Shown here: positions 9,775-20,146 of the stretch, in pieces
How positions within the stretch are numbered: position 1 is the first letter of the stretch
How the letters are laid out: every line of letters starts with the position of its first letter
IMG/VR virus record: IMGVR_UViG_3300032261_000561
Length of the DNA: 64,000 nucleotides
Direction: 5' to 3' (one strand)
From: a virus
Notes under the pieces: model-generated
Databases searched by the model: none
Told to the model about the DNA's origin: nothing
Seen by the model: the letters and a program-made list of their open reading frames with translations, nothing else
Translations under genes and position numbers: made by a program

Positions 9775-10757
9775 GACTCATCTCCCCGTGCCAGCTCGTA
9801 GTCGGAGAAGATGACACCCTCGTTGATGTCGCCACGCTCCTGCCAGCCCCACCAGAATGTCCCAGCAAGCCTCCCGAACAGCAGCCCGGTGCCGAACTCG
9901 GGCCCGAAGTGTTTGTAGTGGCCTTTCACCTTGTGCAGCCGCATCGCGGCCTGATACGCCTCCCGGTCGCGGCGACTGATCCCGGTCAGCTTGGGCATGC
10001 CGGGCAGCTTGATGTGGTGGTATTCCACCGGCTTGGCGCCCGTCCGCTTGGCCCGACCACTGCGGCGCATCGGCACCACCCCCGCCTTCTCGGTGGTCAC
10101 GTTGCGGCAGTTCATCAGGTGCAGCGCCTGGCTGGCGGTGAACTCCGCAGTGCGCATCAGTTCCTGGGCCGTCGTGACCAGATCCGGCCGGTCGGCCAGG
10201 TTGTCGGGCACTTCGATCTGCGCGCTGTAGGTGTAGCGGCCGTTCTCGTCCAAGTACATGTCGTGCAGGATCTCGTCGAACAGCACCACGTCGGGGTGCT
10301 GGACCGGGTGCATGAACAGCGTCATCTGGATGCGGCTTGCCGCCATCTTCCTGCCGGATGCCGGGGCGTGTTCGTCGGGCTCGCACTCGGTCAGCATCAT
10401 CCCCTGGAAGATGTTGTTGTCGGACGGGTGCGCGGGATCCCACTCCATCCACATGTGCGGGTAGGGCATGCGCAGCGACCCGAAGTTCTCCTCACGGCGG
10501 CAGGCGATGCTATCGAAGCGGTCCCAGAAAAGGTCGTGGGCCAGCTGGACGTCGAACGGCACGCAGGCGGTGATTTCGCGCAGAAAGCTCAACCGGAGGT
10601 CTTCTTTCAGCGCGATCGACTCGTCCTGGTAAAGCCCCCACGGCGTGGTATACCCACCGAAGCCGTCGGCCTCGGTAGCCTCGTACAACGCGCGAGCCAG
10701 CGGCCAGATCTTGGCGCCGCCCATCAGCGCGCGCAACACCGGCATCGGAGCACTCAT
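9771..10757 (-). CDS. conserved phage protein, paralog of 8414..9457
   Basis: Motifs MPYPHMWMEW, LMNCRNVTT, HKVKGHYK, FWWGWQERG. Confidence 0.8.
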   Translation of the reverse strand: MSAPMPVLRALMGGAKIWPLARALYEATEADGFGGYTTPWGLYQDESIALKEDLRLSFLREITACVPFDVQLAHDLFWDRFDSIACRREENFGSLRMPYPHMWMEWDPAHPSDNNIFQGMMLTECEPDEHAPASGRKMAASRIQMTLFMHPVQHPDVVLFDEILHDMYLDENGRYTYSAQIEVPDNLADRPDLVTTAQELMRTAEFTASQALHLMNCRNVTTEKAGVVPMRRSGRAKRTGAKPVEYHHIKLPGMPKLTGISRRDREAYQAAMRLHKVKGHYKHFGPEFGTGLLFGRLAGTFWWGWQERGDINEGVIFSDYELARGDES

Positions 10758-10981
10758 AAGCCCACCAACTCTTCCAGCTTGCGCAGAAACCAGTCCCAGC
10801 CGTCCTCGTCGAGATCCGGCCGGTTGCAGCCCTCCCACAACGCGTGCTCGGTCGTCCACTTCCAGGGTTTCTCGAAGTAGTAGAGCAGGTCTTTAGCGGT
10901 GTCGAGATGGTCGGCACGCACCAGGACACCGCCGAACATCAGCACCGAATTCGGGTTGTGGAACCACTCCTCGTCGGTCAT
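10754..10981 (-). CDS. hypothetical protein
   Basis: MTDEEWF...YYFEKPWKW; TGATG coupling. Confidence 0.7.
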   Translation of the reverse strand: MTDEEWFHNPNSVLMFGGVLVRADHLDTAKDLLYYFEKPWKWTTEHALWEGCNRPDLDEDGWDWFLRKLEELVGL

Positions 10982-11210
10982 CAGTGCGCCTCCTCGTACT
11001 CGGTGGCGGCTTTGACGGCGTCGCGTTTGGTGGCGAACAGGAACTGCTTGGGATAGGCCGCGTCCACGCTCAGCGACCACTGCGTGCCGAAGCGCTCGAT
11101 GGCGTAGGTGTGATCCAGCTTGGCGAAGCCCCAGTAGGCCCTGGACCGATAGCGCCCGGCGCCCTCGCGGATGAACGGGATCTCTTTGGTCATGAAACCC
11201 GGCTTGTCGC

Positions 11211-11447
11211 TCATTGCTGCCCCCACTGACTGGGCGGGTAGGGGTTGTTGGGCGGCGCCGGGTAGTTGGTCGGCGGGTAGGCGGGCGGGTACGGGGCGCA
11301 GACCTGGTGGGTGGGGTCATACCAGTTGCCGGGGTCGCACGCGTTGGCGGGCGGCGCCAGCTGGACGCCCAGGATCACGCCCGAAGCCACCGCTGCCAAT
11401 AAGGCCAGCAGCGCCGAGACGCGCAAGGGGATATGAATGTGTGTCAT
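11211..11447 (-). CDS. small secreted Pro-rich protein, leaderless
   Basis: Signal peptide ending PPANA, then CDPGNWYDPTHQVC and a Pro/Tyr tail; TGcTACAAT six nt upstream. Confidence 0.75.
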   Translation of the reverse strand: MTHIHIPLRVSALLALLAAVASGVILGVQLAPPANACDPGNWYDPTHQVCAPYPPAYPPTNYPAPPNNPYPPSQWGQQ

Positions 11448-11898
11448 GGGCCCATTGTAGCAAAAACTTACCCAGTAGGTTAACCCCTCAGAGCACCAGC
11501 ATCCCGATCGCGATGCCCATCGTCACCAGCAGCACGGCGATCAGAAACCAAATCAGGTCGTCGTCCACACTCACCCGTGCCACAGCAACCACAGCGCCAG
11601 CACGAGGAGAACCACCACCAGCAGACCCACGAACAGGTGGTGGTTCACACCTTTTATTGTCGATGTTCGCGCAGCAGCTCGCGCAGTTCTTCGGCACACG
11701 TGTCCATCGCGTGACACCAGGAGTCACCGCGCAGATAGACGTCGGCGGCCCCTTCCATCTCCCAGCGCTCGGCCAGCTGGTGCAGCGCGCTGACCATGGC
11801 CAGTGTCGAGACGGCGCGGGCGCTGGCCAGGTCGGCGGCCAGCCGTTGGATCTCGGCCTCGTCGTGGATCCAGGGCGGCCGCTCGTCGTCGTCGGCCA

Positions 11899-12021
11899 TC
11901 AGTGCGCAGGCTTATCGATGCAGGTGGCGTAGATCGGCGCCGCCCCGCTGGTCCCGCCAGAGTCGGCGCAGCCGGTTAAAAAAACCAGCATCGCCACCAG
12001 GGCCATGAGTAGCCGCCTCAT
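11899..12021 (-). CDS. tiny lipoprotein
   Basis: MRRLLMALVAMLVFLTGC lipobox. Confidence 0.55.
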   Translation of the reverse strand: MRRLLMALVAMLVFLTGCADSGGTSGAAPIYATCIDKPAH

Positions 12022-12032
12022 CGGTTGCCCCT

Positions 12033-12134
12033 TCAAATGCAGTGCGCGTAGACGGGATGCGCCGGGCTGTCCCCGGCCGCCGTGCACCCGGCGAGCAGGG
12101 CGACCGCCGCCATCAGGGCGGCCATCAGCCTCAT
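12033..12134 (-). CDS. tiny lipoprotein, paralog of 11899..12021
   Basis: MRLMAALMAAVALLAGC lipobox; shared P-x-YA-x-CI end. Confidence 0.55.
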   Translation of the reverse strand: MRLMAALMAAVALLAGCTAAGDSPAHPVYAHCI

Positions 12135-12436
12135 TATTCGGTATCGGGGACGAGCACGTCGTGCCGACGCGGGGAGCACACGCAGAAAGGCCGGTAATGC
12201 CGGTTCAGTTCCTCCTCGCTGCGCACCATCCGCACATCGACCCGTCGCACCGGGGGCCTGGCGCCCATGATCTCGGCGCAGTGCCCGCACGCGGTGTAGG
12301 CCAGGCCGGTGGCAAAACAGAGCGCTTCCACGCGCGGGCGCGCGTGCGCGCGCGTGGAAGGAACGGGATCCGGTGTCAGCACCGGAGTGGGGAAGTCCAG
12401 CTCGTCGAGGTCGAAGCGGTCGGCGGTTAACGTCAT
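12134..12436 (-). CDS. hypothetical Zn-binding protein with N-terminal RFDLDELDF motif
   Basis: CGHC and CVC motifs. Confidence 0.65.
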   Translation of the reverse strand: MTLTADRFDLDELDFPTPVLTPDPVPSTRAHARPRVEALCFATGLAYTACGHCAEIMGARPPVRRVDVRMVRSEEELNRHYRPFCVCSPRRHDVLVPDTE

Positions 12437-12820
12437 GGGTGCATCCTGCCACAGTTCTCATGCCTCGCCCACCGCCTTTCTCAGTCGGTCCAGGTAATCG
12501 TCGGGGATCAGCGCGGCGATGATCTTCATTTGCGCGCGGTTCACCGTGGTGCCGGTCTTGGCCTTCAGGTCAGCGATCAGCAGATCCAGCTCCTCGTCGG
12601 TGTGGTCAGCCATCGTCTTCCCAGTCGGGCATGCGAAAGCCGATGGAGGTGCGCGGGGGCAGTACATCCATGTGGATCTGATCCCCGCGCTCGGGGTGGA
12701 ACTCCGCGCCCACGATGCACCAGTGGTCCCTCCCCTCCTCGTCGGGACCCTCGTGGATCAGCTCGCAGTTCAGCACGCTGCCGTCACCCCGGCGGATCTG
12801 CACGCCTTCAGGACGAGCCA

Positions 12821-13198
12821 TCAATACCGCTTCCCGTACCGGGCCAGGATGTCCTCGATCCCCTGCAGCCGCAGCTTCTCGGTCAGGCTCATCAGCTCGT
12901 CGTCCTTGAAACTCTCGACGTAGAGTGTGGCCACCGCCAGCAGCTGCTCGAAGTCATTAGCTGGCATCGAGACTTCGCCTGGGCGAGGATCGACACTTTC
13001 CGCAGGTCCCAGCGATTCGGCGATTTTCAGCGATTGTTTGCTGCACCAGTTCTGGATGGCCTCCCAGTGCTGGGCGGTCAGGCGCACGCAGCGCCATTCG
13101 GCTGCCGCCTTGCCCCCGAAGACGATCTTGACCCCGCCGTACTCGTCGGGCTCGATCACCTCGATGACCGGCCCGCATTCCCGGCTCACGTCAGGCAC
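12821..13198 (-). CDS. hypothetical protein
   Basis: ORF track. Confidence 0.6.
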   Translation of the reverse strand: MPDVSRECGPVIEVIEPDEYGGVKIVFGGKAAAEWRCVRLTAQHWEAIQNWCSKQSLKIAESLGPAESVDPRPGEVSMPANDFEQLLAVATLYVESFKDDELMSLTEKLRLQGIEDILARYGKRY

Positions 13199-13676
13199 TC
13201 ATGATGTTCGATGACCTTGCCGCGTCCAGTTGATGTGGCAGCGGGCGCGGGTCCACCCCCAGGAAGGGCACGTAGTGGAAGTGCTGGTGCTCGCAGGACC
13301 AGTCCTGGCAGACCGTCCAGCAGCCCCCGACGTCGTCGGGGTGCACCCGCCACTGGCCGACCGAGACCGGGCCGCTCATCGCCTCGGCGCCCCGTGCCGG
13401 TCGGTCTCCGGTGGCAGCGTGTGCTGCTCGCGGGAGTCCACCGTTGTGGATCGGATGGCTTTCAGGTTGAACGTGGTGACCGTTGCCTGCAGGTCCTCGA
13501 TCCAGCGGGCAATCGGGCCGCAGTTGGTCGGATGGGCGGAGTTGAAGGTGGTTCGGTTGATCTCACGCAGCACATCGAGCCGCGCAAGAATCATCGCCGC
13601 CAGTTCATCAGCAGCGTCCATCATGCCTCCTTCTCGTGACCAGAATCTCCGAAGCCACTCCTCCTCGGTGATGGGC

Positions 13677-14183
13677 TTACCCGCCATGGGCTGTGTCCTT
13701 CATATGACGACAGGACTCGCAGTAGATGACCATCGACGTCACCCCGGCCGGGAGGGTGACGGGCAGGTACCGCTGACACTGGGCGCAGCGGACTTCTTTG
13801 GCCGGATAGCCCATCCAGACCAGCGGCTTGTTGAACTGTTTGGCCCAGTCGACGGGCTCCTTGTCGTACCACGGAATCCGGTCGATGGGCTCCTTGTCGT
13901 AGGTCAGATCACTCGGGTCAAAGCCCGTCGTGTCGTACAGCGACGCGCCCTGGTAGCCGCGTTCGGCTTCCTTAGCCAACTCGTCAATAGTTTTGCCGTA
14001 ACGGGCCTCGGCCTCGGCCACGTCCTCGGGGGTGGCCGCGATCACCGGCTGATGCTCACGGTCCAACTCCTCGGGGGTGTAGCGGGCATGATCACGGACA
14101 CGCTCGTGGTCGGCCTGGCACTCAAACAGCGTCATGCCGGGATGCCAGGGGCACTGCATATCGCCGATCTTCATGTCAGCCAC
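13677..14183 (-). CDS. hypothetical protein with C-terminal Zn ribbon
   Basis: CAQC...CESC; internal YDKEP(I/V)D duplication. Confidence 0.65.
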   Translation of the reverse strand: MADMKIGDMQCPWHPGMTLFECQADHERVRDHARYTPEELDREHQPVIAATPEDVAEAEARYGKTIDELAKEAERGYQGASLYDTTGFDPSDLTYDKEPIDRIPWYDKEPVDWAKQFNKPLVWMGYPAKEVRCAQCQRYLPVTLPAGVTSMVIYCESCRHMKDTAHGG

Positions 14184-14522
14184 TCCTTGCCCTCGGTACT
14201 CATGAAGAACTCCTTGGCGTAATTGCGGGCCTGAAACTCATTGACCTGAGCCACCTGGATCTGGCCGCCGAAGTCCTTCTCGTGCTCGGCGGCCCAGGCC
14301 AGGAAGGCCACGATCAGCTCGGTAGCTGACCCGGGCCCCACCGACCTGCGGCGTTACCCGGTGGGTAACTGTCCAGCTGGGCGTTTGCCGACACTTGTCA
14401 CAGCCCGAAGTTTTGCTGCAGCATGACCCGCCGTCGTAGTCAGCCAGCTCGACGTCGAGGAAGACGGGCTCAACCATGCTCTACCTCCCTGTCGGGCAGA
14501 TCTTAGTCATCGGGCGTGTCTC

Positions 14523-14858
14523 CTATTCCTCGGGAATGCGTACCTGCACCGTTTCGGCGGCTTTATCCAGGTCTTCGGGCGTCATGGTGAACACGCTGCG
14601 CGCCGCGTGGCTGGCCGCCGTCATGTCTTTGAGCAGCGTCATGAACACCTGGTTGACCGCGACCCGGGCCAGCTCGCTGGGATCCAGCTGGTCGAGGATG
14701 ATCGCCACGGCCGAGTCTTCTAGGACCAGCTCCCCGTAGAGGCGCCGATGGTTGGCGATGATCTGCACCCGCATCGCGCGGCGCAACGCGTTCTCCACGT
14801 CCGCGATCAGCGCCAGCCGGTCGCCGGTGTCCTCGAACTCCACCTGCGGATCACTCAT
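14523..14858 (-). CDS. hypothetical protein
   Basis: ORF track; ATGA overlap. Confidence 0.65.
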   Translation of the reverse strand: MSDPQVEFEDTGDRLALIADVENALRRAMRVQIIANHRRLYGELVLEDSAVAIILDQLDPSELARVAVNQVFMTLLKDMTAASHAARSVFTMTPEDLDKAAETVQVRIPEE

Positions 14859-16283
14859 GAGAAGCCCACCACGCCGGTGATCCTGCTGGCGTCGATGTCC
14901 TCGTCCAGCCCAGCTGCTCGATAGGTCACTTTATGCACCTCGTGCACCCGGCGGTTCAAATCCCCACCGACGCGGGCCTCGGTGATGGTGTAGCGCTTGG
15001 TGTCATCCCCGTCCAGGACAACCACCTCTCCCGGCTCAAGCATTGATGGGTTCTTTCTTGTCGAGCAGATTGACCGGCGGCTCGGGATAGGGCTGCTCGG
15101 CTTCGGCGATGAGGCGCATCAGCGCGTGCAGCGCCTCCATCGGGGTGTGCCCGTTCCCGGCCTTCTCGAACAGCGGGATGGCCCGGTAGGCGACGAAGTC
15201 CACACCTTCCCCGCCTTCGATGACGTATCTCATACTTTCACCTTCGGGCATCCTTGCAGGTGGGAGCGTAGCGGCCACTGCTTGTAGCGAGTCGGCCAGC
15301 CACAGATTGAGCACGGGGTGTGCAGGTGGTGATCGGGGTAGATCTCCATCCAGCCCGACCTCATCGCATTCTCGCCATCATGTCCACGGCTATCATCACC
15401 TGGTAGCACAGCGCCTCCCGGTCGTTGTCGCTTTCCATCAGCGTCTTGACGGTGTTGAAGATCAGGTTGTCACGCGGGATGCGGTCCTTGTACTTCGCAT
15501 AGGCGCTAGTCAGATTTTCCAGATGAGCGGTCCAGTAAGCGATAACCGAATCGGCCTCTTCGCGGGCGTTGGCGATGATCAGGTCCATCGGGTCTGGGGC
15601 GGGCACCGGCAGCCTCCTCGATTGCACGCAGCAGCATGATCTGAGTAGACACCAGTTTGTCGGCCAGCTGGTAGAGGTTGGCCAGGTGGTCCTCGGCCTC
15701 GGCGGGCCCGCTGACCTTCAGCCTGTGCCAGAGACCCACGGTGTTCTCCACCTCGCGCCGCGCCAGCTTCACGAAGGTGATCTCCGACGTCGGGGTGTCA
15801 GCCATCGTCGAACTCGATCAGGCCGGGCACCTGGAAGCGGACGGGATAGGCCACCGGGTCGGCCGGGAAGTGCACCAGGAACTTGGCCCCGGCCACATGA
15901 CAGGTGGCCAGGAAGTGCAGCGCGTCGATCCCGGCCGCGTGCAGCTGCTCATCGGTCAGCGGGACCGGGCGCAGCCGGGAGGAGGCCAGCCGCATCTCTT
16001 TGAGGCACTCCTTGGTGGTGGGCCGTCCCGCCACCTGCTCACCCAAGATGAACTCGGCGTCGGTCAGCGGCGGCAAGTCGTCAGCCACTGTTGGCCATTG
16101 CCTTCTCGGTCAACGAGGCAATGCTGACGTGGGTCGCGGTGATACCGACCTGGGGGGAGGCCGCGTCGTTGACGATGGACTGCAGCTGCTCCTGGTTCAT
16201 CCGCAGCATCGAGTTGCCGTCCTTGTCGTTGTTCTTCACCACGTTGCCGGGCACGGTGATGGTCAGCTCGTTGATGGTGACGC

Positions 16284-16748
16284 TCATGATGTCTCCTCTT
16301 CCTCATCGGTTTCCTCGCACTGGATGGCTTCCAGTTCGTCTTCACGCAGGGTGAACTGCCCCAGCCCGGGAATGCTCACCTGGTAGTGCGCGGTGGCACC
16401 GTCGGCGCGCGGGTAGACGCTGCGTGAGACGGACACTACAGTGCCCTGAGCGCCCCCCTGACGCACGATCACGCGTTCGTTGACCCCGAACTTCGGGGAG
16501 CCGGAGAAACTCGCCCCAGGCGCCGCAGAGGCCTGATCTGAAGGCCAGGGCAGCAGCACTTTGGGCGCCGGGCGCGGGCGGGTCAGCTCGGCCACGGTGG
16601 CGAGGTCCTTGGACGCCAGCACCCCTTTGATCCATTCGATGTCCAGGTGCAGCTCGAACAGCTCGCGGGAGGATTCCCGGGCTTCCTCGAAAGCGCGGTC
16701 GGCCGCCTCCTTGGCGTAGACGTGCGGGGGTTCAGAGCCGTTGGGCAC
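16284..16748 (-). CDS. hypothetical protein with C-terminal SH3/KOW-like segment
   Basis: PKFGVNERVIV...GTVV...YQV...EDEL; AAGGAG RBS. Confidence 0.65.
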   Translation of the reverse strand: MPNGSEPPHVYAKEAADRAFEEARESSRELFELHLDIEWIKGVLASKDLATVAELTRPRPAPKVLLPWPSDQASAAPGASFSGSPKFGVNERVIVRQGGAQGTVVSVSRSVYPRADGATAHYQVSIPGLGQFTLREDELEAIQCEETDEEEETS

Positions 16749-16858
16749 CGGCGCTCCTTCGGACTATTGACCTCACAGGTTACCTTGCTTCTCGATGTCC
16801 TCCAACGCTTCCCGCAGATCAGCAGCGATCTGCTCGCCGGTCGACTTGACGTAGATGG

Positions 16859-17148
16859 ACCCTGATGTCGATGGCGGCGCCATTCTCATCCACACCCACG
16901 GGCAGGTCGAGGAACTCGTCGATGTTCCAGATGTCGTCGGCCTTACGGTCCAGCCACCAGGCCAGCCGGTGCAGCAGCCCGGCGATACGGCGCCTCATTC
17001 CACCGTCACCTCGCCCAGCCGCCGAACCATCTCCTCGACAGCGGCGCCGCAGGCTTTGGCGTACGCCGAAACCACGTCCTCGGGCCCGGCGGTGTCCTTC
17101 CAGCGCACCCTGATGTCGATGGCGGCACCATTCTCATCCACACCCACG
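16859..17148. repeat. 42-bp direct repeat (16859-16900 and 17107-17148, one mismatch)
   Basis: accctgatgtcgatggcggc(g/a)ccattctcatccacacccacg. Confidence 0.95.
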
Positions 17149-17742
17149 CTGAACCCACTCACAGCAGCACCCACAGCGCACAGACCAGCACCCCCAGAAC
17201 CAGCACACAGACCAGGCCCCACTCGTCGAAGAACGTGTTCACGACACCTCCTGTGGGGGTGTGGCCACCAGGTCGTAGCCCACCGCGCGGGCCTCGGCGA
17301 TCACCTGCTCGGCGAACGGGTCGCAGATCGAGCGGCTCGGCCCGAACCCGAAAGCGTGGTAGACCAGCTCGGAGAAGGCCATGCCCAGCAGCCGTTGGTC
17401 GATCATCGGTCCTCCGCCAGCCGGTAAACACACTTGCCCGCGCTGTGCGGGACCCGCGTCACGATGCCGTGCCGATGCAGGGTTTCCAGGATCACCTTCT
17501 GGTGCCGGTCAATCCGCAGGTGCGGGGGCCAGATCCCGCCGCACAGCCGCATGGTTTCCAGGATCACCCGCTGGCGTTTGCCCTGTCCCCGCATCATTGG
17601 TCCCCGTACTGGTCGGACGGCGGCGGCCAGGTGGCCGGGGTCAGCGGCGGGCCGATCGGGCGGTGGGCGTCGTCGTCCAGGGCGATCACCGCCCCGAAGG
17701 CGATGCCCAGCGCCACCACCCAGAAGGCGATCTTCCACCAGC

Positions 17743-18081
17743 TCATATCGGTGCCCTATCCGCCTCGTGCATCATGCGTGCCAGCCGAGCCACCGCCACC
17801 GCCGCCAGCATGGCCACGTTGCCGCCCCCGATGTCGCCCTGCGTCTCGGCGGTGCCCAGCGCCATGGCCACGCTGAGCGCGACGTCCTTGTCGGTGCGCC
17901 CGTCGTTGATGAACTCGGTGGCCAGCACCACGAAGGCGTTCAGCTTCTCGTTGTGGTCGGTGTAGATGTCGCGCTCGCCGTCGTCCACAGCAAACACCTT
18001 CCTGTTGCCTTCTCGTAGGTTGCCGTTTTCAGCGTGCGTAGCAAACTCGGTACACGCCGTTGTCCAGGCTGAGAATGCCAC
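17743..18081 (-). CDS. hypothetical protein (start uncertain)
   Basis: ORF track. Confidence 0.55.
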   Translation of the reverse strand: MAFSAWTTACTEFATHAENGNLREGNRKVFAVDDGERDIYTDHNEKLNAFVVLATEFINDGRTDKDVALSVAMALGTAETQGDIGGGNVAMLAAVAVARLARMMHEADRAPI

Positions 18082-19481
18082 GCTGGACCAGCCCGTCGAA
18101 GATGTGCCGGTGATCGCTGCGGATCTTCCAGTGCTGCGGCCACATCCCGGCGTTGCGGTGCATGGCGTCCAGCACCGCTTGCTGGCGCCGTCCCAGCTTC
18201 TTCTCGTTCACCGGCGCCGTCTGCGGTACGCGTTGCGTCCCCAGATCGCCAGCTGGGTCACGATCGCCCCGAACAGGCCGCCCACCAGAAACTCTGCCCA
18301 ACTCACAACACTCCCTATCTCGTCGACGCCTTAGTCCTGTGGCCCCGGCAGCGGCTTGTTCAGGTCTGCCCACGGCTCAAAGCCCCACCATTTGTCGCGT
18401 TCCCGCACCGCGTCATTGAACGCCTCCAAGGCATTGAAGACGAACATGGCCAGGATAAAATCGGGGGTGTGACTGCGGTTCTCCACGCTGTGCCGGTTGC
18501 ACAGCTCGCGCAGCTCTTCCTCGAAGCTCTTCCCGTCGTTCACAGCACTCCCTGTCTGGCCGCCAGCTCGGCCCTGATGGAGGTCACCAGCGCCTGCAGC
18601 CAGCTGTCGTCGGCGCCCTTGATGTGAATCGCGTTGCCGATCCGGACCGCCTTCATCCCCGGCTGCAGGGTGATGGTGAAGGTCGGCTTCATGGGGCTCA
18701 CCTCTGGATCGGCTTGTCCTTGATCTTCGCATGCAACGCCGTTCCCATATTGATCTTGGTCATCGCGGGTGCAGCGGTTTGCCGTCGATCTTGGCACTGA
18801 CCGCGCCCCCGCACGCCATACAGGCCACATGATAGGGCTCGTCGGAGACGAATTTGTGCGGGCGAACGCTGCCGTCGGCGTTGAACACCGCCGGGTCGCG
18901 GAACCTCTTATCGATGGTGGTCATGTGTTCTCCTTGGGTGATTTTCGTGCTGTAGATCAACAGCACCGTGTTGAGCAGGCAGACGACGATCAGCGCTCCC
19001 AGAAGCGCCCCCAGAAGCAGCGTTGTCACGGGTATCCACTAGCAGACCCCGGTTACCGGCATGCGTCAACATGTTCACAACGGGCCTTCAGCGGGCCTGT
19101 ACGCCATCATGGCGTGCCGGTAGGCCACTATGGCGTCGGGCCCCTCGAACGTGCGCTCACAGCGGTCCCAGCCCGCATAGACGGCATATCTACGCAACCC
19201 CTCCACCGTCGCGGGACGAGGGGGCCAGTTGGTGCTCGCCCACCAGGTCTGCCCCAGCGGGTCGGTGTAGCCCCAGGAGGACCCGTCGGGAGCGATACCG
19301 TGCAGGATCCAGGTCACGACAGCAGCCCTATCGTCAACCGATACTCAGGCCCAGCAACACCCCAGACAGGAAGAACAGCGTGATGACTAGGGCGAATCCG
19401 CCCCAGGTGGCGTTGTAGCCAATGCGAGGCTCGGTCATATCCAGGTCTTCCTGTCGGGGGCCATGCCGTGCAGCGTCCAGG

Positions 19482-19949
19482 TCATTCGACCACCACCTCG
19501 GGGACCAGCAGTTTGGGCTTGCCCTGCTCGGTGATCGGGGTGCGGCGCAGGGTGCCCGGCACCTGACCGGGGACTTCGACGTAGTCGTACCAGTGCTGAC
19601 GCTGTGCTTCTGCACGTAGCTCACGACGCAATTGGTGAAGGACCACGGCCTTTCCCGGCTCGGTGGCCCGTGCATAAGCACGGGCGTGCACCGGCAGGAT
19701 CTCACGGGTGGCGTACTCAGCGATGCAGGGGTCTTTGGGGCAGGTCAAGGTGATTTTCACGGGCGTTCTCCGTAGTCGAGCAGGTCTGTGGTTCGGACGC
19801 GGGGGGATGTGTACGCGGTGGGGGGTACCGCAGGCGGGACAGTCCGCCTCCATGTAGCAGTCGCCGCGCCTGACCGCGACAGGGGCGTCGGGCGGGGTGG
19901 TGTAATCGCACAGCCGGATACCGCAAGAACAGTCGATGACGCAGGTCAT
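19482..19949 (-). CDS. Zn-ribbon protein, paralog of 19946..20146
   Basis: VIDCSCG...YTTPPDAP...DCPACGTPH. Confidence 0.65.
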   Translation of the reverse strand: MTCVIDCSCGIRLCDYTTPPDAPVAVRRGDCYMEADCPACGTPHRVHIPPRPNHRPARLRRTPVKITLTCPKDPCIAEYATREILPVHARAYARATEPGKAVVLHQLRRELRAEAQRQHWYDYVEVPGQVPGTLRRTPITEQGKPKLLVPEVVVE

Positions 19950-20146
19950 CCGAACAGCTCCCTGGCGGGGATCGGTACTACGTGGTGCGCTCCGCAATCG
20001 GGACAGTCAATCATCAGATGAGACTGATCTTGCAGAATCGCCATCGGCGCGTCCGGTGGTGGCGTGTATTCGGTCAGGTTCTTGGTGGGTCTGATGATGA
20101 TGTTCTGCCGAGTCCCGCACTCGCAGTCGATGATTACATTCGTCAC
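19946..20146 (-). CDS. Zn-ribbon protein
   Basis: IIDCECG...YTPPPDAP...DCPDCGAHH. Confidence 0.65.
   Translation of the reverse strand: MTNVIIDCECGTRQNIIIRPTKNLTEYTPPPDAPMAILQDQSHLMIDCPDCGAHHVVPIPARELFG

Noticed and set aside
13848-13902. Tandem ~21-bp repeat
   Set aside because: In-frame YDKEP(I/V)D duplication within a gene; only two copies.
11562-17242. C/A-rich quasi-repeats at 11570-11660 and 17158-17240
   Set aside because: Reverse complements of short Leu/Val-rich membrane-peptide genes, not arrays.
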